DNA of 64,000 nucleotides from Escherichia coli. Lineage in GTDB: Bacteria > Pseudomonadota > Gammaproteobacteria > Enterobacterales > Enterobacteriaceae. The position numbers were made by a program, and so were the translations under genes. Shown in pieces: positions 1 through 14,075 of the stretch. The notes beneath the pieces were generated by a model, which saw only the letters and a program-made list of their open reading frames with translations, did no database searches and was not told the DNA's origin. The stretch lies in NCBI RefSeq assembly GCF_003334305.1, contig NZ_QOWS01000013.1. One strand, given 5' to 3'. How positions within the stretch are numbered: the stretch's first letter is position 1; the number at the start of each line of letters is the position of its first letter.

Positions 1-920
<920 letters not shown>

Positions 921-971
921 TAATTTCATTATTTTCAGAAGGATAATTAATCTTTCTACGTGCACGAACGG

Positions 972-1005
972 TCCCCTCGCTCCTCTGGGGTTAGGGTGAG
1001 GGGAA
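972..1005. repeat. Conserved hairpin element TCCCCTCGCTC-N-GGGTGAGGGGAA, copy 1 (between convergent tldD and aaeR)
   Basis: Arms TCCCCTC (972-978) and GAGGGGA (998-1004) are reverse complements; a near-identical element recurs at 18820-18851. Confidence 0.5.
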
Positions 1006-1047
1006 CCCGTTGGCACAGGTTTGTAGAACGTAACAGTACAATATGAA

Positions 1048-1977
1048 TTACTTCTCTTTCCCGCGCCCGTGCATCTCCTGAAACAATTTACCGACCTCAA
1101 CAAAATAATCCGTCAGCGAGTTGATCACGACCTGTACCTTCAGCGGCAGCTTATCTTTTTCGGTATATAACGCATAAACCGGGCGTGGATCTGACTGGTA
1201 ACGTGGTAGCAGGATCTCCAGCTCCCCGCGATTGATCTCGTTGATCACCCACATCAGCGGCACGTAGGCGATCCCAGCGCCTGCAGTCAGCCAGCGCACC
1301 AGCGTCATCGGATCATTAGTCACAAATCTCCCCTGCGGGATCAGGCGAGTCGAGATCCCTTCCGGTGCGATCAGTTCAAATTCATTGTCGGGCCGCACGC
1401 TGTATTCAAGCCATGAATGGCTACTTAAATCGGCGGGTTTTTCCGGTATGCCGTATTGTGTGAGATAGCTTTTTGCGGCGCACACCACCATTGGCATCGC
1501 GCCCAGACGGCGGGAAAACAGGCTGGAATCCTGCAACGCGCCGACGCGGATCACCACATCCAGACCGTCGGCAATCAGGTCGGGGGCAGGAATTCCGGTA
1601 ACCAGATTGACGCTCAAACCTGGGTATTCTTTCAGCATTTTTGCTGTCAGCCCGGCGAGAACATTTTGTGCCATAGTTGAAGAACAGCCAATGCGCAGCG
1701 TCCCGATGGGGGTGTTATTGAAGGCATACAGTTGCTCATGAACATCCTGCACTTCATGAAGCATACGACGGCAGCCCTGGTAGTAAATTCTACCGGCTTC
1801 GGTCAGGCCAATGCTGCGTGTGCTACGGTTTAACAGCTTTACCTGCAACTCATCTTCCAGTTTTGACACCGTCTGACTGATGGACGAAACGCTCATCTGT
1901 AGCTGTCTGGCGGCGGCGGTAAAAGAGCCAAATTCAACTACTTTGGCAAACACCGACATGCGTTTTAGTCGTTCCAT
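1048..1977 (-). CDS. aaeR: LysR-family transcriptional regulator AaeR
   Basis: 309-aa ORF with N-terminal HTH (LysR type); sequence and position (divergent from aaeXAB) match E. coli AaeR. Confidence 0.92.
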   Translation of the reverse strand: MERLKRMSVFAKVVEFGSFTAAARQLQMSVSSISQTVSKLEDELQVKLLNRSTRSIGLTEAGRIYYQGCRRMLHEVQDVHEQLYAFNNTPIGTLRIGCSSTMAQNVLAGLTAKMLKEYPGLSVNLVTGIPAPDLIADGLDVVIRVGALQDSSLFSRRLGAMPMVVCAAKSYLTQYGIPEKPADLSSHSWLEYSVRPDNEFELIAPEGISTRLIPQGRFVTNDPMTLVRWLTAGAGIAYVPLMWVINEINRGELEILLPRYQSDPRPVYALYTEKDKLPLKVQVVINSLTDYFVEVGKLFQEMHGRGKEK

Positions 1978-2159
1978 TATTCACTCTGACTTAAAAGTGA
2001 TTTAGATCACATAATATAGATAACAGCATAACAGTTACGCTAATATATTAAATATCAATCTACAGCAATGTTGCTCTCGCCCGGCTTTCCATGCCCTTCT
2101 CTGCGGCGACAGATGCTGAAAATAATAACGCCTGCTCTCTCTTTACAACCAAGGTCAAC

Positions 2160-2363
2160 ATGAGTCTGTTTCCCGTTATCGTGGTGTTTGGGCTGTCCTT
2201 CCCACCGATATTTTTTGAATTGCTTTTATCACTGGCGATTTTCTGGCTGGTGCGCCGGGTACTTGTGCCAACAGGTATCTACGACTTTGTCTGGCATCCG
2301 GCGTTGTTCAACACCGCGCTCTATTGCTGCTTGTTTTATTTGATATCGCGACTGTTCGTTTGA
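2160..2363 (+). CDS. aaeX: Small membrane protein AaeX
   Basis: ORF-track ORF 2091..2363 trimmed to internal ATG 2160 ([11 protein letters not shown]...), 67 aa, preceded by AAGG; matches AaeX. Confidence 0.85.
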
Positions 2364-2370
2364 GGTTGAA

Positions 2371-3303
2371 GTGAAAACACTAATAAGAAAATTCTCCCGT
2401 ACGGCCATCACGGTCGTATTAGTCATTCTGGCCTTCATCGCAATTTTTAATGCCTGGGTCTATTACACCGAATCCCCCTGGACGCGTGACGCGCGCTTTA
2501 GCGCTGACGTCGTTGCGATCGCGCCGGACGTTTCTGGACTCATTACCCAGGTGAATGTTCATGATAACCAGCTGGTGAAAAAAGGACAGATACTGTTCAC
2601 CATCGACCAGCCGCGCTATCAAAAGGCGCTTGAGGAAGCGCAAGCCGATGTTGCTTATTATCAGGTACTGGCACAGGAGAAACGCCAGGAGGCCGGACGT
2701 CGTAACCGTCTCGGTGTGCAGGCGATGTCTCGCGAAGAGATCGACCAGGCTAACAACGTACTACAAACGGTTCTGCATCAGTTAGCGAAAGCGCAGGCGA
2801 CCCGCGATCTGGCAAAACTGGATCTTGAACGCACGGTGATCCGCGCGCCAGCAGATGGCTGGGTGACCAACCTCAACGTCTATACCGGTGAGTTTATTAC
2901 TCGAGGATCAACGGCGGTTGCGCTGGTGAAACAGAACTCCTTCTATGTACTGGCCTATATGGAAGAAACTAAGCTGGAAGGGGTGCGTCCGGGGTATCGT
3001 GCAGAGATCACGCCGCTTGGCAGTAACAAAGTGCTGAAAGGGACTGTTGATAGTGTTGCCGCAGGGGTCACCAACGCCAGCAGCACGCGTGACGACAAAG
3101 GGATGGCGACTATAGACTCTAACCTTGAATGGGTGCGTCTTGCGCAACGTGTTCCGGTTCGTATTCGTCTCGACAACCAGCAAGAGAACATCTGGCCTGC
3201 GGGCACCACTGCTACAGTGGTGGTCACTGGCAAACAAGATCGCGACGAAAGCCAGGATTCGTTCTTCCGTAAAATGGCCCATCGCCTGCGTGAGTTTGGT
3301 TAA
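2371..3303 (+). CDS. aaeA: p-Hydroxybenzoate efflux pump, membrane-fusion subunit AaeA
   Basis: 310-aa ORF with GTG start at 2371; HlyD-like membrane fusion protein, matches AaeA. Confidence 0.92.
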
Positions 3304-3308
3304 TCACG

Positions 3309-5276
3309 ATGGGTATTTTCTCCATTGCTAACCAACATATTCGCTTTGCGGTAAAACTGGCGACCGCCATTGTACTGGCGCTGTTTGTTGGCTTTCACTT
3401 CCAGCTGGAAACGCCACGCTGGGCGGTACTGACAGCGGCGATTGTTGCCGCCGGTCCGGCCTTTGCTGCGGGAGGTGAACCGTATTCTGGCGCTATTCGT
3501 TATCGTGGCTTTTTGCGCATCATCGGCACATTTATTGGCTGTATTGCCGGACTGGTGATCATCATTGCGATGATCCGCGCACCATTATTGATGATTCTGG
3601 TGTGCTGTATCTGGGCCGGTTTTTGTACCTGGATATCCTCGCTGGTACGAATAGAAAACTCGTACGCGTGGGGGCTGGCCGGTTATACCGCGCTGATCAT
3701 TGTGATCACCATTCAGCCGGAACCATTGCTTACGCCGCAGTTTGCCGTCGAACGTTGTAGCGAGATCGTTATCGGTATTGTGTGTGCGATTATGGCGGAT
3801 TTGCTCTTTTCTCCGCGATCGATCAAACAAGAAGTGGATCGAGAGCTGGAAAGTTTGCTGGTCGCGCAATATCAATTAATGCAACTCTGTATCAAGCATG
3901 GCGATGGTGAAGTTGTCGATAAAGCCTGGGGCGACCTGGTGCGACGCACCACGGCGCTACAAGGCATGCGCAGCAACCTGAATATGGAATCTTCCCGCTG
4001 GGCGCGGGCCAATCGACGTTTAAAAGCGATCAATACGCTATCGCTGACGCTGATTACCCAATCCTGCGAAACTTATCTTATTCAGAATACGCGCCCGGAA
4101 TTGATCACTGATACTTTCCGCGAATTTTTTGACACGCCGGTAGAAACCGCGCAGGACGTCCACAAGCAGCTCAAACGCCTGCGGAGAGTTATCGCCTGGA
4201 CCGGGAAACGGGAAACGCCTGTCACCATTTATAGCTGGGTCGCGGCGGCAACGCGTTATCAGCTTCTCAAGCGCGGCGTTATCAGTAACACAAAAATCAA
4301 CGCCACCGAAGAAGAGATCCTGCAAGGCGAACCGGAAGTCAAAGTAGAGTCAGCCGAACGTCATCATGCGATGGTTAACTTCTGGCGAACCACACTTTCC
4401 TGCATTCTGGGCACGCTTTTCTGGCTGTGGACGGGCTGGACTTCCGGCAGTGGTGCAATGGTGATGATTGCGGTAGTGACGTCACTGGCAATGCGTTTGC
4501 CGAATCCACGCATGGTGGCGATCGACTTTATCTACGGGACGCTGGCCGCGCTGCCGTTAGGGCTGCTCTACTTTTTGGTGATTATCCCTAATACCCAACA
4601 GAGCATGTTGCTGCTGTGTATTAGCCTGGCAGTGCTGGGATTCTTCCTCGGAATAGAAGTACAGAAACGGCGACTGGGCTCGATGGGGGCGCTGGCCAGC
4701 ACCATAAATATTATCGTGCTGGATAACCCGATGACTTTCCATTTCAGTCAGTTTCTCGACAGCGCATTAGGGCAAATCGTCGGCTGTGTGCTCGCGTTCA
4801 CCGTTATTTTGCTGGTGCGGGATAAATCGCGCGACAGGACTGGACGTGTACTGCTTAATCAGTTTGTTTCTGCCGCTGTTTCCGCGATGACTACCAATGT
4901 GGCACGTCGTAAAGAGAACCACCTCCCGGCACTTTATCAGCAGCTGTTTTTGCTGATGAATAAGTTCCCAGGGGATTTGCCGAAATTTCGCCTGGCGCTG
5001 ACGATGATTATCGCGCACCAGCGCCTGCGTGATGCGCCGATCCCGGTTAACGAGGATTTATCGGCGTTTCACCGACAAATGCGCCGCACAGCAGACCATG
5101 TGATATCTGCCCGTAGCGATGATAAACGTCGTCGGTACTTTGGTCAGTTGCTGGAAGAACTGGAAATCTACCAGGAAAAGCTACGCATCTGGCAAGCGCC
5201 ACCGCAGGTGACGGAACCGGTTCATCGGCTGGCGGGGATGCTCCATAAGTATCAACATGCGTTGACCGATAGTTAA
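3309..5276 (+). CDS. aaeB: p-Hydroxybenzoate efflux pump subunit AaeB
   Basis: 655-aa polytopic membrane ORF immediately after aaeA; matches AaeB. Confidence 0.93.
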   Translation: MGIFSIANQHIRFAVKLATAIVLALFVGFHFQLETPRWAVLTAAIVAAGPAFAAGGEPYSGAIRYRGFLRIIGTFIGCIAGLVIIIAMIRAPLLMILVCCIWAGFCTWISSLVRIENSYAWGLAGYTALIIVITIQPEPLLTPQFAVERCSEIVIGIVCAIMADLLFSPRSIKQEVDRELESLLVAQYQLMQLCIKHGDGEVVDKAWGDLVRRTTALQGMRSNLNMESSRWARANRRLKAINTLSLTLITQSCETYLIQNTRPELITDTFREFFDTPVETAQDVHKQLKRLRRVIAWTGKRETPVTIYSWVAAATRYQLLKRGVISNTKINATEEEILQGEPEVKVESAERHHAMVNFWRTTLSCILGTLFWLWTGWTSGSGAMVMIAVVTSLAMRLPNPRMVAIDFIYGTLAALPLGLLYFLVIIPNTQQSMLLLCISLAVLGFFLGIEVQKRRLGSMGALASTINIIVLDNPMTFHFSQFLDSALGQIVGCVLAFTVILLVRDKSRDRTGRVLLNQFVSAAVSAMTTNVARRKENHLPALYQQLFLLMNKFPGDLPKFRLALTMIIAHQRLRDAPIPVNEDLSAFHRQMRRTADHVISARSDDKRRRYFGQLLEELEIYQEKLRIWQAPPQVTEPVHRLAGMLHKYQHALTDS

Positions 5277-5280
5277 GTCA

Positions 5281-5309
5281 AAACCGACGCCAAAAGCGTC
5301 GGTTTTTTC
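5281..5309 (+). terminator. Rho-independent terminator after aaeB
   Basis: CCGACGC-caaaa-GCGTCGG hairpin followed by TTTTTT. Confidence 0.7.
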
Positions 5310-5367
5310 ATGGCTATACTTAGCGATGAACGGCAGAACTCGCCGCGAAACGTGACGGTGGCAACAG

Positions 5368-5640
5368 ATGAATATTTATACCTTTGATTTTGATGAGATT
5401 GAGAGTCAGGAGGATTTTTATCGCGACTTCAGCCAAGCCTTTGGTCTGGCGAAAGATAAGGTACGCGATCTCGACTCACTATGGGATGTGTTAATGAACG
5501 ATGTCCTGCCGCTACCACTTGAGATTGAATTTGTTCATCTGGGAGAGAAAACGCGTCGCCGTTTTGGCGCGTTAATATTGCTGTTTGATGAGGCAGAGGA
5601 AGAGCTGGAAGGGCATTTGCGTTTTAATGTTCGTCATTAG
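5368..5640 (+). CDS. yhcO: Barstar-like ribonuclease inhibitor YhcO
   Basis: 90-aa acidic ORF; matches E. coli YhcO. Confidence 0.85.
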   Translation: MNIYTFDFDEIESQEDFYRDFSQAFGLAKDKVRDLDSLWDVLMNDVLPLPLEIEFVHLGEKTRRRFGALILLFDEAEEELEGHLRFNVRH

Positions 5641-5643
5641 CGC

Positions 5644-5669
5644 AAAAAAAAGCCCCCGAACCGGGGGCA
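5644..5669 (-). terminator. Rho-independent terminator after yhcN
   Basis: GCCCCCG-aac-CGGGGGC hairpin; on the minus strand followed by an 8-T run. Confidence 0.7.
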
Positions 5670-5695
5670 ATATCGTCGGACAAGACGATGAGGGT

Positions 5696-5959
5696 TTATT
5701 TGTACAGTTCAGCCGTAGCGTGCCAGGTGTCACCGCTACGAGCTTCAGTAATCTGGTAGGCCGTTGCGCCTTTCTCTTCCGCTTTTTTGTTCAGCATTTC
5801 ACGTATATCCATTGGCGAAGACGCCACACCACTTACGGATACGGTCCCGATTGCTTCACGGTTTTGTGCTTGTGCAGCATCAATGGAGTCGGCAGCGAAT
5901 GCACCGAAAGAGAGAACAGAAAGTACGCTTAATGCAGCAACAGTGGTTTTGATTTTCAT
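5696..5959 (-). CDS. yhcN: Stress-induced periplasmic protein YhcN (DUF1471/BhsA family)
   Basis: 87-aa ORF with signal peptide (MKIKTTVAALSVLSVLSFGAFA); matches YhcN. Confidence 0.9.
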   Translation of the reverse strand: MKIKTTVAALSVLSVLSFGAFAADSIDAAQAQNREAIGTVSVSGVASSPMDIREMLNKKAEEKGATAYQITEARSGDTWHATAELYK

Positions 5960-6323
5960 GATTTTTACCTCGACATAATCTTTTTGCTGGGTCTTTGTTT
6001 CGTGACCCTTATCACAAAATCAAGTATACACTAATTATTGAACTAATTAATACCACGCTAACTGTTTCTGTTGATACTAAGTGTTAAAAATGTGAATGTT
6101 AATAACAAAAAAGAATTAAAAATACGGTTATTTATCGTTAATTCTAGTGTTTTCAATTAGATAATGAATTTTGCATAATGTGCTTTTTTTACCTTATGTA
6201 TTCATTGTGTGAATGACATGTCGCAGTAAAACGCACTATTCGTTAAATGTATCGCAGGAGAAAGCAGGGGGTTGAGAGGGATAAGCAACATTTTCCCCGC
6301 CGCCAGAAGCGACGGGGCAGAGA

Positions 6324-6797
<474 letters not shown>

Positions 6798-6838
6798 TCA
6801 CCCGATATGGTGGTTGATACAACATTATTGTGCATACA

Positions 6839-6856
6839 GATGAATTTTTATGCAAA
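6839..6856 (-). promoter_or_regulatory. ARG-box-like operator in the argR promoter region
   Basis: Minus-strand TTTGCATAAAAATTCATC fits the ARG box consensus WNTGAATWWWWATTCANW at 16 of 18 positions, 45-62 bp upstream of the argR start. Confidence 0.4.
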
Positions 6857-7153
6857 CAGTCAGCCCTGAAGAAGGCTGAAATAATGTTATGAAAGAGCGG
6901 GATTTTATCAAATTTCGTTATTGAGAAACATGCCTGCGTCACGGCATGCAAATTCTGCTTAAAAGTAAATTAATTGTTATCAAATTGATGTTGTTTTGGC
7001 TGAACGGTAGGGTATATTGTCACCACCTGTTGGAATGTTGCGCTAATGCATAAGCGACTGTTAATTACGTAAGTTAGGTTCCTGATTACGGCAATTAAAT
7101 GCATAAACGCTAAACTTGCGTGACTACACATTCTTGAGATGTGGTCATTGTAA

Positions 7154-8167
<1,014 letters not shown>

Positions 8168-8183
8168 TTGATTAGCGAATAAT

Positions 8184-8216
8184 AAAAAACCGGAGCACAG
8201 ACTCCGGTTTTTGTTT
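8184..8216. terminator. Bidirectional terminator between mdh and degS
   Basis: AAAAAACCGGAG-cacaga-CTCCGGTTTTTGTTTT: GC stem flanked by an A-run and a T-run. Confidence 0.75.
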
Positions 8217-8228
8217 TGAGCACTCGAC

Positions 8229-9296
8229 TTAATTGGTTGCCGGATATTCCTGAATGGTGACCTGCAGCGTTAACTGCTTATCATCACGCATCACTACAAC
8301 CGGGATCACCGAACCAGGGCGAATTTCCGCCACCTGATCCATCGTCTCCAGAGCAGAGATGGCCGGTTTGTTATCCACCGAAATAATCAGATCGTTGACC
8401 TGAATACCCGCATTCGCCGCTGGGCCGTCTGGTGACACTTCATTAACCACGATCCCTTGCAGTTGATCTATACCACCGCTCTGCGCGTGCAGTGGTGCGA
8501 TCTCGCGTCCGCCGATACCAATGTAGCCGCGGATCACGCGACCATCGCGGATCAGCTTATCCATAATTTTGGTTGCTAACTGGAAAGGAATCGCAAAGCC
8601 GATACCTTCCGGCGTTTCGCCATCGTTACTCTTATCAAACGACAGCGTGTTAATGCCCATCAGTTCTCCCAGCGAGTTCACCAGCGCGCCGCCAGAGTTA
8701 CCGTGGTTAATGGAAGCATCGGTTTGTAGGAAGTTTTGCCGCCCGGTCGGGTTCAGACCGATTCGACCCGTGGCACTAATAATCCCCTGGGTAATGGTCT
8801 GCCCGAGGTTGTACGGGTTACCGATCGCCAGTACTACGTCGCCAATGTGCGGTACGCGACGTGCATTAATTGGAATGGTAGGTAAACCGCCAGTGGCATT
8901 AATTTTAAGTACCGCCAGATCGGTTAGAGAGTCAGATCCCACCAGCAATGCTTCAAATACACGACCATCCTGTAAGGCGACGATGATCTGATCGGCGTCG
9001 TTGATGACGTGTTTATTGGTGATGATATAACCGCGTTGATCCATGATTACACCGGATCCCAAGGTGCGGATCTCAAGCTGGTTGTGAGAGTTGGTGTTCA
9101 AACCACGGTTGTAAACGTTAACCACCGCTGGCGCGGCGCGGCGAACCGCCAGATTATAGCTGGCAGGCGTCTCATCGGTACTGTCAAATTGCGGAGTGGA
9201 AAGCGGGTTAAGGCTGCGCAGCGAAGGCATGGCAACCAGCAGAATAGCGCCGACAATTAATCCAATCGCAACGGAACGTAAGAGCTTCACAAACAT
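8229..9296 (-). CDS. degS: Periplasmic serine endoprotease DegS
   Basis: 355-aa ORF with N-terminal membrane anchor, trypsin-like domain (GNSGGAL) and one PDZ; matches DegS. Confidence 0.95.
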   Translation of the reverse strand: MFVKLLRSVAIGLIVGAILLVAMPSLRSLNPLSTPQFDSTDETPASYNLAVRRAAPAVVNVYNRGLNTNSHNQLEIRTLGSGVIMDQRGYIITNKHVINDADQIIVALQDGRVFEALLVGSDSLTDLAVLKINATGGLPTIPINARRVPHIGDVVLAIGNPYNLGQTITQGIISATGRIGLNPTGRQNFLQTDASINHGNSGGALVNSLGELMGINTLSFDKSNDGETPEGIGFAIPFQLATKIMDKLIRDGRVIRGYIGIGGREIAPLHAQSGGIDQLQGIVVNEVSPDGPAANAGIQVNDLIISVDNKPAISALETMDQVAEIRPGSVIPVVVMRDDKQLTLQVTIQEYPATN

Positions 9297-9385
9297 GATG
9301 GAGGCGTCATTAAAAAAGGGAACGGCAGCAGCATACCACGAGTTAACCGGACATCACACGTAAGCCTGATGCCCGGTTTACGACA

Positions 9386-10753
9386 TTAACGCATCAGCAG
9401 ATAGATGCTTTCATTGCCGCGTACAATTTGCAGGGCGATGATGGCCGGTTTTGCCGCCAGCACTTTACGCATTTCAGCAATCGAGTTCACCCGATCGCGG
9501 TTGACGCCAATGATCACATCGTCTTTTTGCAAGCCAGCCTGAGCAGCTGGGCTTCCTTTGACAACTTCATCGATCTTAATACCTTTGCCGCCATCTTTTA
9601 GCTGACCATCGCTCAACGTTGCACCTTCCAGCGCTGGCGTGATCATTTCAGCGCTGGCCGACGAAGAGGTGCTGGTATCGAGCGTCACTTCTACTTCCAG
9701 TGGCTTGCCGTTACGCAGCAGGCCAAGCTTCACTTTCGTGCCCGGCTCGGTGGTCGCGATACGAGAGCGCAACTCAGCAAAGCTATTCAGCGGTTTGCCG
9801 TTGAGGCTGGTAATAATATCGCCCGCTTTGACGCCCGCTTTCGCTGAGCCAGAACCTGGCAACACTTCGCTGACAAACGCGCCACGCTGCACGTCAAGGT
9901 TGAAGGCTTTGGCGATATCGGCACTCATCTCGGTGCCTTTGATGCCTAACAAACCGCGTTTGATTTCACCAAAGTCGATAAGCTGCTGCGCCAGTGTTCG
10001 CGCCATATTACTGGGGATGGCAAATCCAATCCCGACGCTCCCGCCGCCAGGCGCAAGGATTGCAGTGTTGATGCCAATTAACTCACCGTTAAGGTTTAAC
10101 AGTGCACCGCCGGAGTTACCGCGGTTAATGGAAGCATCTGTCTGGATAAAGTTTTCCAGACCTTCAAGATTCAACCCGCTGCGTCCTAATGCGGAAACAA
10201 TGCCAGAGGTGGCGGTTTGCCCAAGGCCAAATGGGTTACCGACCGCTACGGCAAAATCACCGACGCGCAATTTATCGGAGTCGGCAATAGCGATTTGCGT
10301 TAATTTGCTCGGGTTTTGAATTTGTAACAGGGCGATATCGCTCTGGTCATCGCTACCAATCAGTTTTGCATCAAACTCGCGCCCATCATTGAGCTGAATA
10401 CTGATTTTCTGTGCCTGATTAATCACATGGTTGTTGGTCAGCACATAGCCTTTACTGGCGTTGATGATGACACCGGAACCTAAACCTTCGAAGGGTTGTG
10501 CAGGTTGATCCGGTAAATCATCACCAAAAAACTTTTTGAATTCTTCCGGGATTTTCTGTCCCTGACTGGCCGTTCCTTCCACCCGTACGCTCACCACTGC
10601 CGGAAGCACTTTTTCCAGCATTGGAGCCAGACTGGGGAGAGGGGCCTGATCGGCAACCTGGCCTGGAATCGACGCGACGGCCTGAAATGACGCCGAGAGA
10701 GTTAACCCGACACTTAACGCTAATGCACTCAACAGCTGGGTTTGTTTTTTCAT
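9386..10753 (-). CDS. degQ: Periplasmic serine endoprotease DegQ
   Basis: ORF-track ORF 9386..10795 trimmed to ATG 10753 (MKKQTQLL...), 455 aa; HtrA family with two PDZ domains; matches DegQ. Confidence 0.94.
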   Translation of the reverse strand: MKKQTQLLSALALSVGLTLSASFQAVASIPGQVADQAPLPSLAPMLEKVLPAVVSVRVEGTASQGQKIPEEFKKFFGDDLPDQPAQPFEGLGSGVIINASKGYVLTNNHVINQAQKISIQLNDGREFDAKLIGSDDQSDIALLQIQNPSKLTQIAIADSDKLRVGDFAVAVGNPFGLGQTATSGIVSALGRSGLNLEGLENFIQTDASINRGNSGGALLNLNGELIGINTAILAPGGGSVGIGFAIPSNMARTLAQQLIDFGEIKRGLLGIKGTEMSADIAKAFNLDVQRGAFVSEVLPGSGSAKAGVKAGDIITSLNGKPLNSFAELRSRIATTEPGTKVKLGLLRNGKPLEVEVTLDTSTSSSASAEMITPALEGATLSDGQLKDGGKGIKIDEVVKGSPAAQAGLQKDDVIIGVNRDRVNSIAEMRKVLAAKPAIIALQIVRGNESIYLLMR

Positions 10754-10906
10754 TATTCCTGCTCTCGTACCTGAATGATAAGAAAAGAGATTCAAAACAG
10801 TTTGATGTTATTGAATTTTCAGACGGCTAACAATGAGACACCAGATTAAATGATAGTCGGGGAGGGAGAGAAGAGGAGGGCGCAATGGCTGCGCCCGAAA
10901 AATAAA

Positions 10907-11305
10907 TTAGTCGCGCTTCGCGCCAGTACGCAGCAGGCCGGATGCGCCTTCAGAATAGTCGCGAGGCATCTGCACCGGTGCCTGATCGTTGCTGGCTTCA
11001 GACTCTGCCAGACGATTACGGAACGGGTTTGCTTCAGCAGACAGTTCCGGCAGCAGGCTGCTGGAGCTTTTCGCCATGTGCTGATACAGCTGGCGATAGT
11101 CGTGCGCCATGGTATCCAGTAATTCCGCGCTGCGGGCAAAGTGGCTAACCAGCTCTTCGCGATACTCGTCCAGTTCAGCTTTATTCTTTTCCAGTTCGTA
11201 CTGCAACGCCTGTTGCTGGCGTAGTTTACGATTACCAAAACGCATGGCCACAGCACCAATAATGATGCCGACGACTAACCCAATTAGCGCATATTCCCAG
11301 GTCAT
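10907..11305 (-). CDS. zapG: Cell-division protein ZapG (YhcB)
   Basis: ORF-track ORF trimmed to ATG 11305 (MTWEYALIGLVVG...), 132 aa; matches YhcB. Confidence 0.9.
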   Translation of the reverse strand: MTWEYALIGLVVGIIIGAVAMRFGNRKLRQQQALQYELEKNKAELDEYREELVSHFARSAELLDTMAHDYRQLYQHMAKSSSSLLPELSAEANPFRNRLAESEASNDQAPVQMPRDYSEGASGLLRTGAKRD

Positions 11306-11498
11306 GAACATCTCCCGTTGTCTTTTGTTTCCGTAGGGTGTTGGCTTCAGGCTCCATGCCTGCGGCTGATTATGCCACTATAACCGTTAATTCCACAGAA
11401 GTGGAATCCCGACTGCATATCGCGTAGTGTAGAACGGCCTTTTTTTCGTCAACCGTGAACAACGGCGCACCGATTATTCAAGGAATAACAATAAGATC

Positions 11499-12626
11499 AT
11501 GCAAAGCGTTACCCCAACATCGCAATACCTGAAGGCGCTCAATGAAGGCAGCCATCAACCCGACGACGTTCAAAAAGAGGCCGTCAGCCGCCTGGAAATT
11601 ATTTATCAGGAACTCATCAATAGCACGCCACCAGCCCCCAGGACGAGTGGGCTAATGGCGCGGGTCGGTAAGCTGTGGGGTAAACGCGAAGACACAAAGC
11701 ATACGCCAGTGCGTGGCTTATATATGTGGGGCGGTGTAGGACGCGGGAAAACCTGGCTGATGGACCTTTTCTATCAAAGCCTGCCGGGAGAGCGGAAACA
11801 GCGCCTGCACTTTCACCGTTTTATGATGCGGGTGCATGAAGAGCTAACTGCCTTACAGGGGCAGACCGATCCGCTGGAAATTATTGCCGATCGCTTTAAA
11901 GCCGAAACTGACGTGCTCTGTTTTGACGAATTTTTTGTTTCTGATATTACCGACGCCATGCTACTTGGCGGTCTGATGAAAGCCCTGTTCACCCGCGGTA
12001 TTACCCTGGTAGCGACGTCAAATATTCCGCCGGACGAACTTTATCGAAATGGCCTGCAACGTGCGCGTTTTCTGCCTGCAATCGATGCCATTAAACAGCA
12101 TTGTGATGTAATGAACGTGGACGCTGGTGTTGATTATCGACTGCGTACACTCACTCAGGCGCATCTGTGGCTTTCGCCACTCAACGATGAAACCCGGGCG
12201 CAGATGGATAAACTATGGTTGGCGCTGGCGGGGGCGAAACGAGAAAATTCACCGACGTTAGAAATCAACCATCGGCCATTGGCGACAATGGGCGTCGAGA
12301 ACCAGACGCTGGCGGTCTCTTTTACTACGCTGTGCGTCGACGCCCGCAGTCAGCATGACTATATTGCGCTCTCACGTCTCTTTCATACGGTCATGTTGTT
12401 TGATGTACCAGTTATGACGCGGTTGATGGAGAGCGAAGCGCGGCGCTTTATTGCGCTGGTGGATGAGTTTTACGAGCGCCATGTCAAATTAGTGGTGAGT
12501 GCAGAAGTGCCGCTGTATGAAATTTATCAGGGCGATCGGCTGAAGTTTGAGTTCCAGCGTTGCCTGTCACGTCTGCAAGAGATGCAAAGCGAAGAGTATC
12601 TGAAGCGCGAGCATTTGGCGGGTTAA
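11499..12626 (+). CDS. zapE: AFG1-like ATPase ZapE (YhcM)
   Basis: 375-aa ORF with Walker A (GGVGRGKT); matches ZapE. Confidence 0.93.
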   Translation: MQSVTPTSQYLKALNEGSHQPDDVQKEAVSRLEIIYQELINSTPPAPRTSGLMARVGKLWGKREDTKHTPVRGLYMWGGVGRGKTWLMDLFYQSLPGERKQRLHFHRFMMRVHEELTALQGQTDPLEIIADRFKAETDVLCFDEFFVSDITDAMLLGGLMKALFTRGITLVATSNIPPDELYRNGLQRARFLPAIDAIKQHCDVMNVDAGVDYRLRTLTQAHLWLSPLNDETRAQMDKLWLALAGAKRENSPTLEINHRPLATMGVENQTLAVSFTTLCVDARSQHDYIALSRLFHTVMLFDVPVMTRLMESEARRFIALVDEFYERHVKLVVSAEVPLYEIYQGDRLKFEFQRCLSRLQEMQSEEYLKREHLAG

Positions 12627-12757
12627 AACCTGTCACAAATCACAAAAAGGGGTCGATCTTTGACCCCGACTTCTCTATAATCCTGCGACCCCACGTTACA
12701 AGAAAGTTTTTTTCCCAAAACTTTTTGTGTGCTGGCATAGGCTATTCGAAGGGGTAG

Positions 12758-13273
<516 letters not shown>

Positions 13274-13285
13274 TCGGGATTATAG

Positions 13286-13681
<396 letters not shown>

Positions 13682-13714
13682 TTGGCTTCTGCTCCGGCAG
13701 AAAACAATTTGCGA

Positions 13715-13741
13715 AAAAACCCGCTTCGGCGGGTTTTTTTA
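13715..13741 (+). terminator. Rho-independent terminator after rpsI
   Basis: AAAAAACCCGC-ttcg-GCGGGTTTTTTT. Confidence 0.8.
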
Positions 13742-14075
13742 TGGTTAAATTCTGAATCAGCGTAAAAATTGGAAAGTTGCTTTTTGCTACCGTCTGACAG
13801 ACAGGCAAAACAAAAACCACATCGCCAATAAGGGACTAAGTCAACTATTTCAGACTAAAGCGCATCTCTTTTTCCCCATTTCCGGCATCGACTCACCACA
13901 AAGGTCGCAAAATCTGGTAAACTATCATCCAATTTTCTGCCCAAATGTCGGGTATTGCTCATTTTTTGTTTGATTTTCGAACAAAGAGAGTCGTTCCTTA
14001 CTGGGTAACACAACTTCTGACTGGCCACCTGGTGGCTGGTAGCAGTAAAAATTCTGACTATACCTGGAGGTTTTC

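Noticed and set aside
9345-9378. Hairpin (11-bp stem, one mismatch) between degS and degQ as a degQ terminator
   Set aside because: No T-tract follows on either strand; it may be an mRNA-stabilising or processing element but cannot be called an intrinsic terminator from sequence.
12660-12681. TTGACC / TATAAT pair upstream of rplM as a sigma-70 promoter
   Set aside because: The hexamers are separated by only 10 nt, so they cannot function as a pair; the TATAAT may still be a -10 element paired with a -35 I did not identify.
12560-12757. 65-codon ORF spanning the zapE 3' end and the rplM leader
   Set aside because: Overlaps the zapE coding sequence out of frame and runs into the rplM promoter region; no support as a gene.
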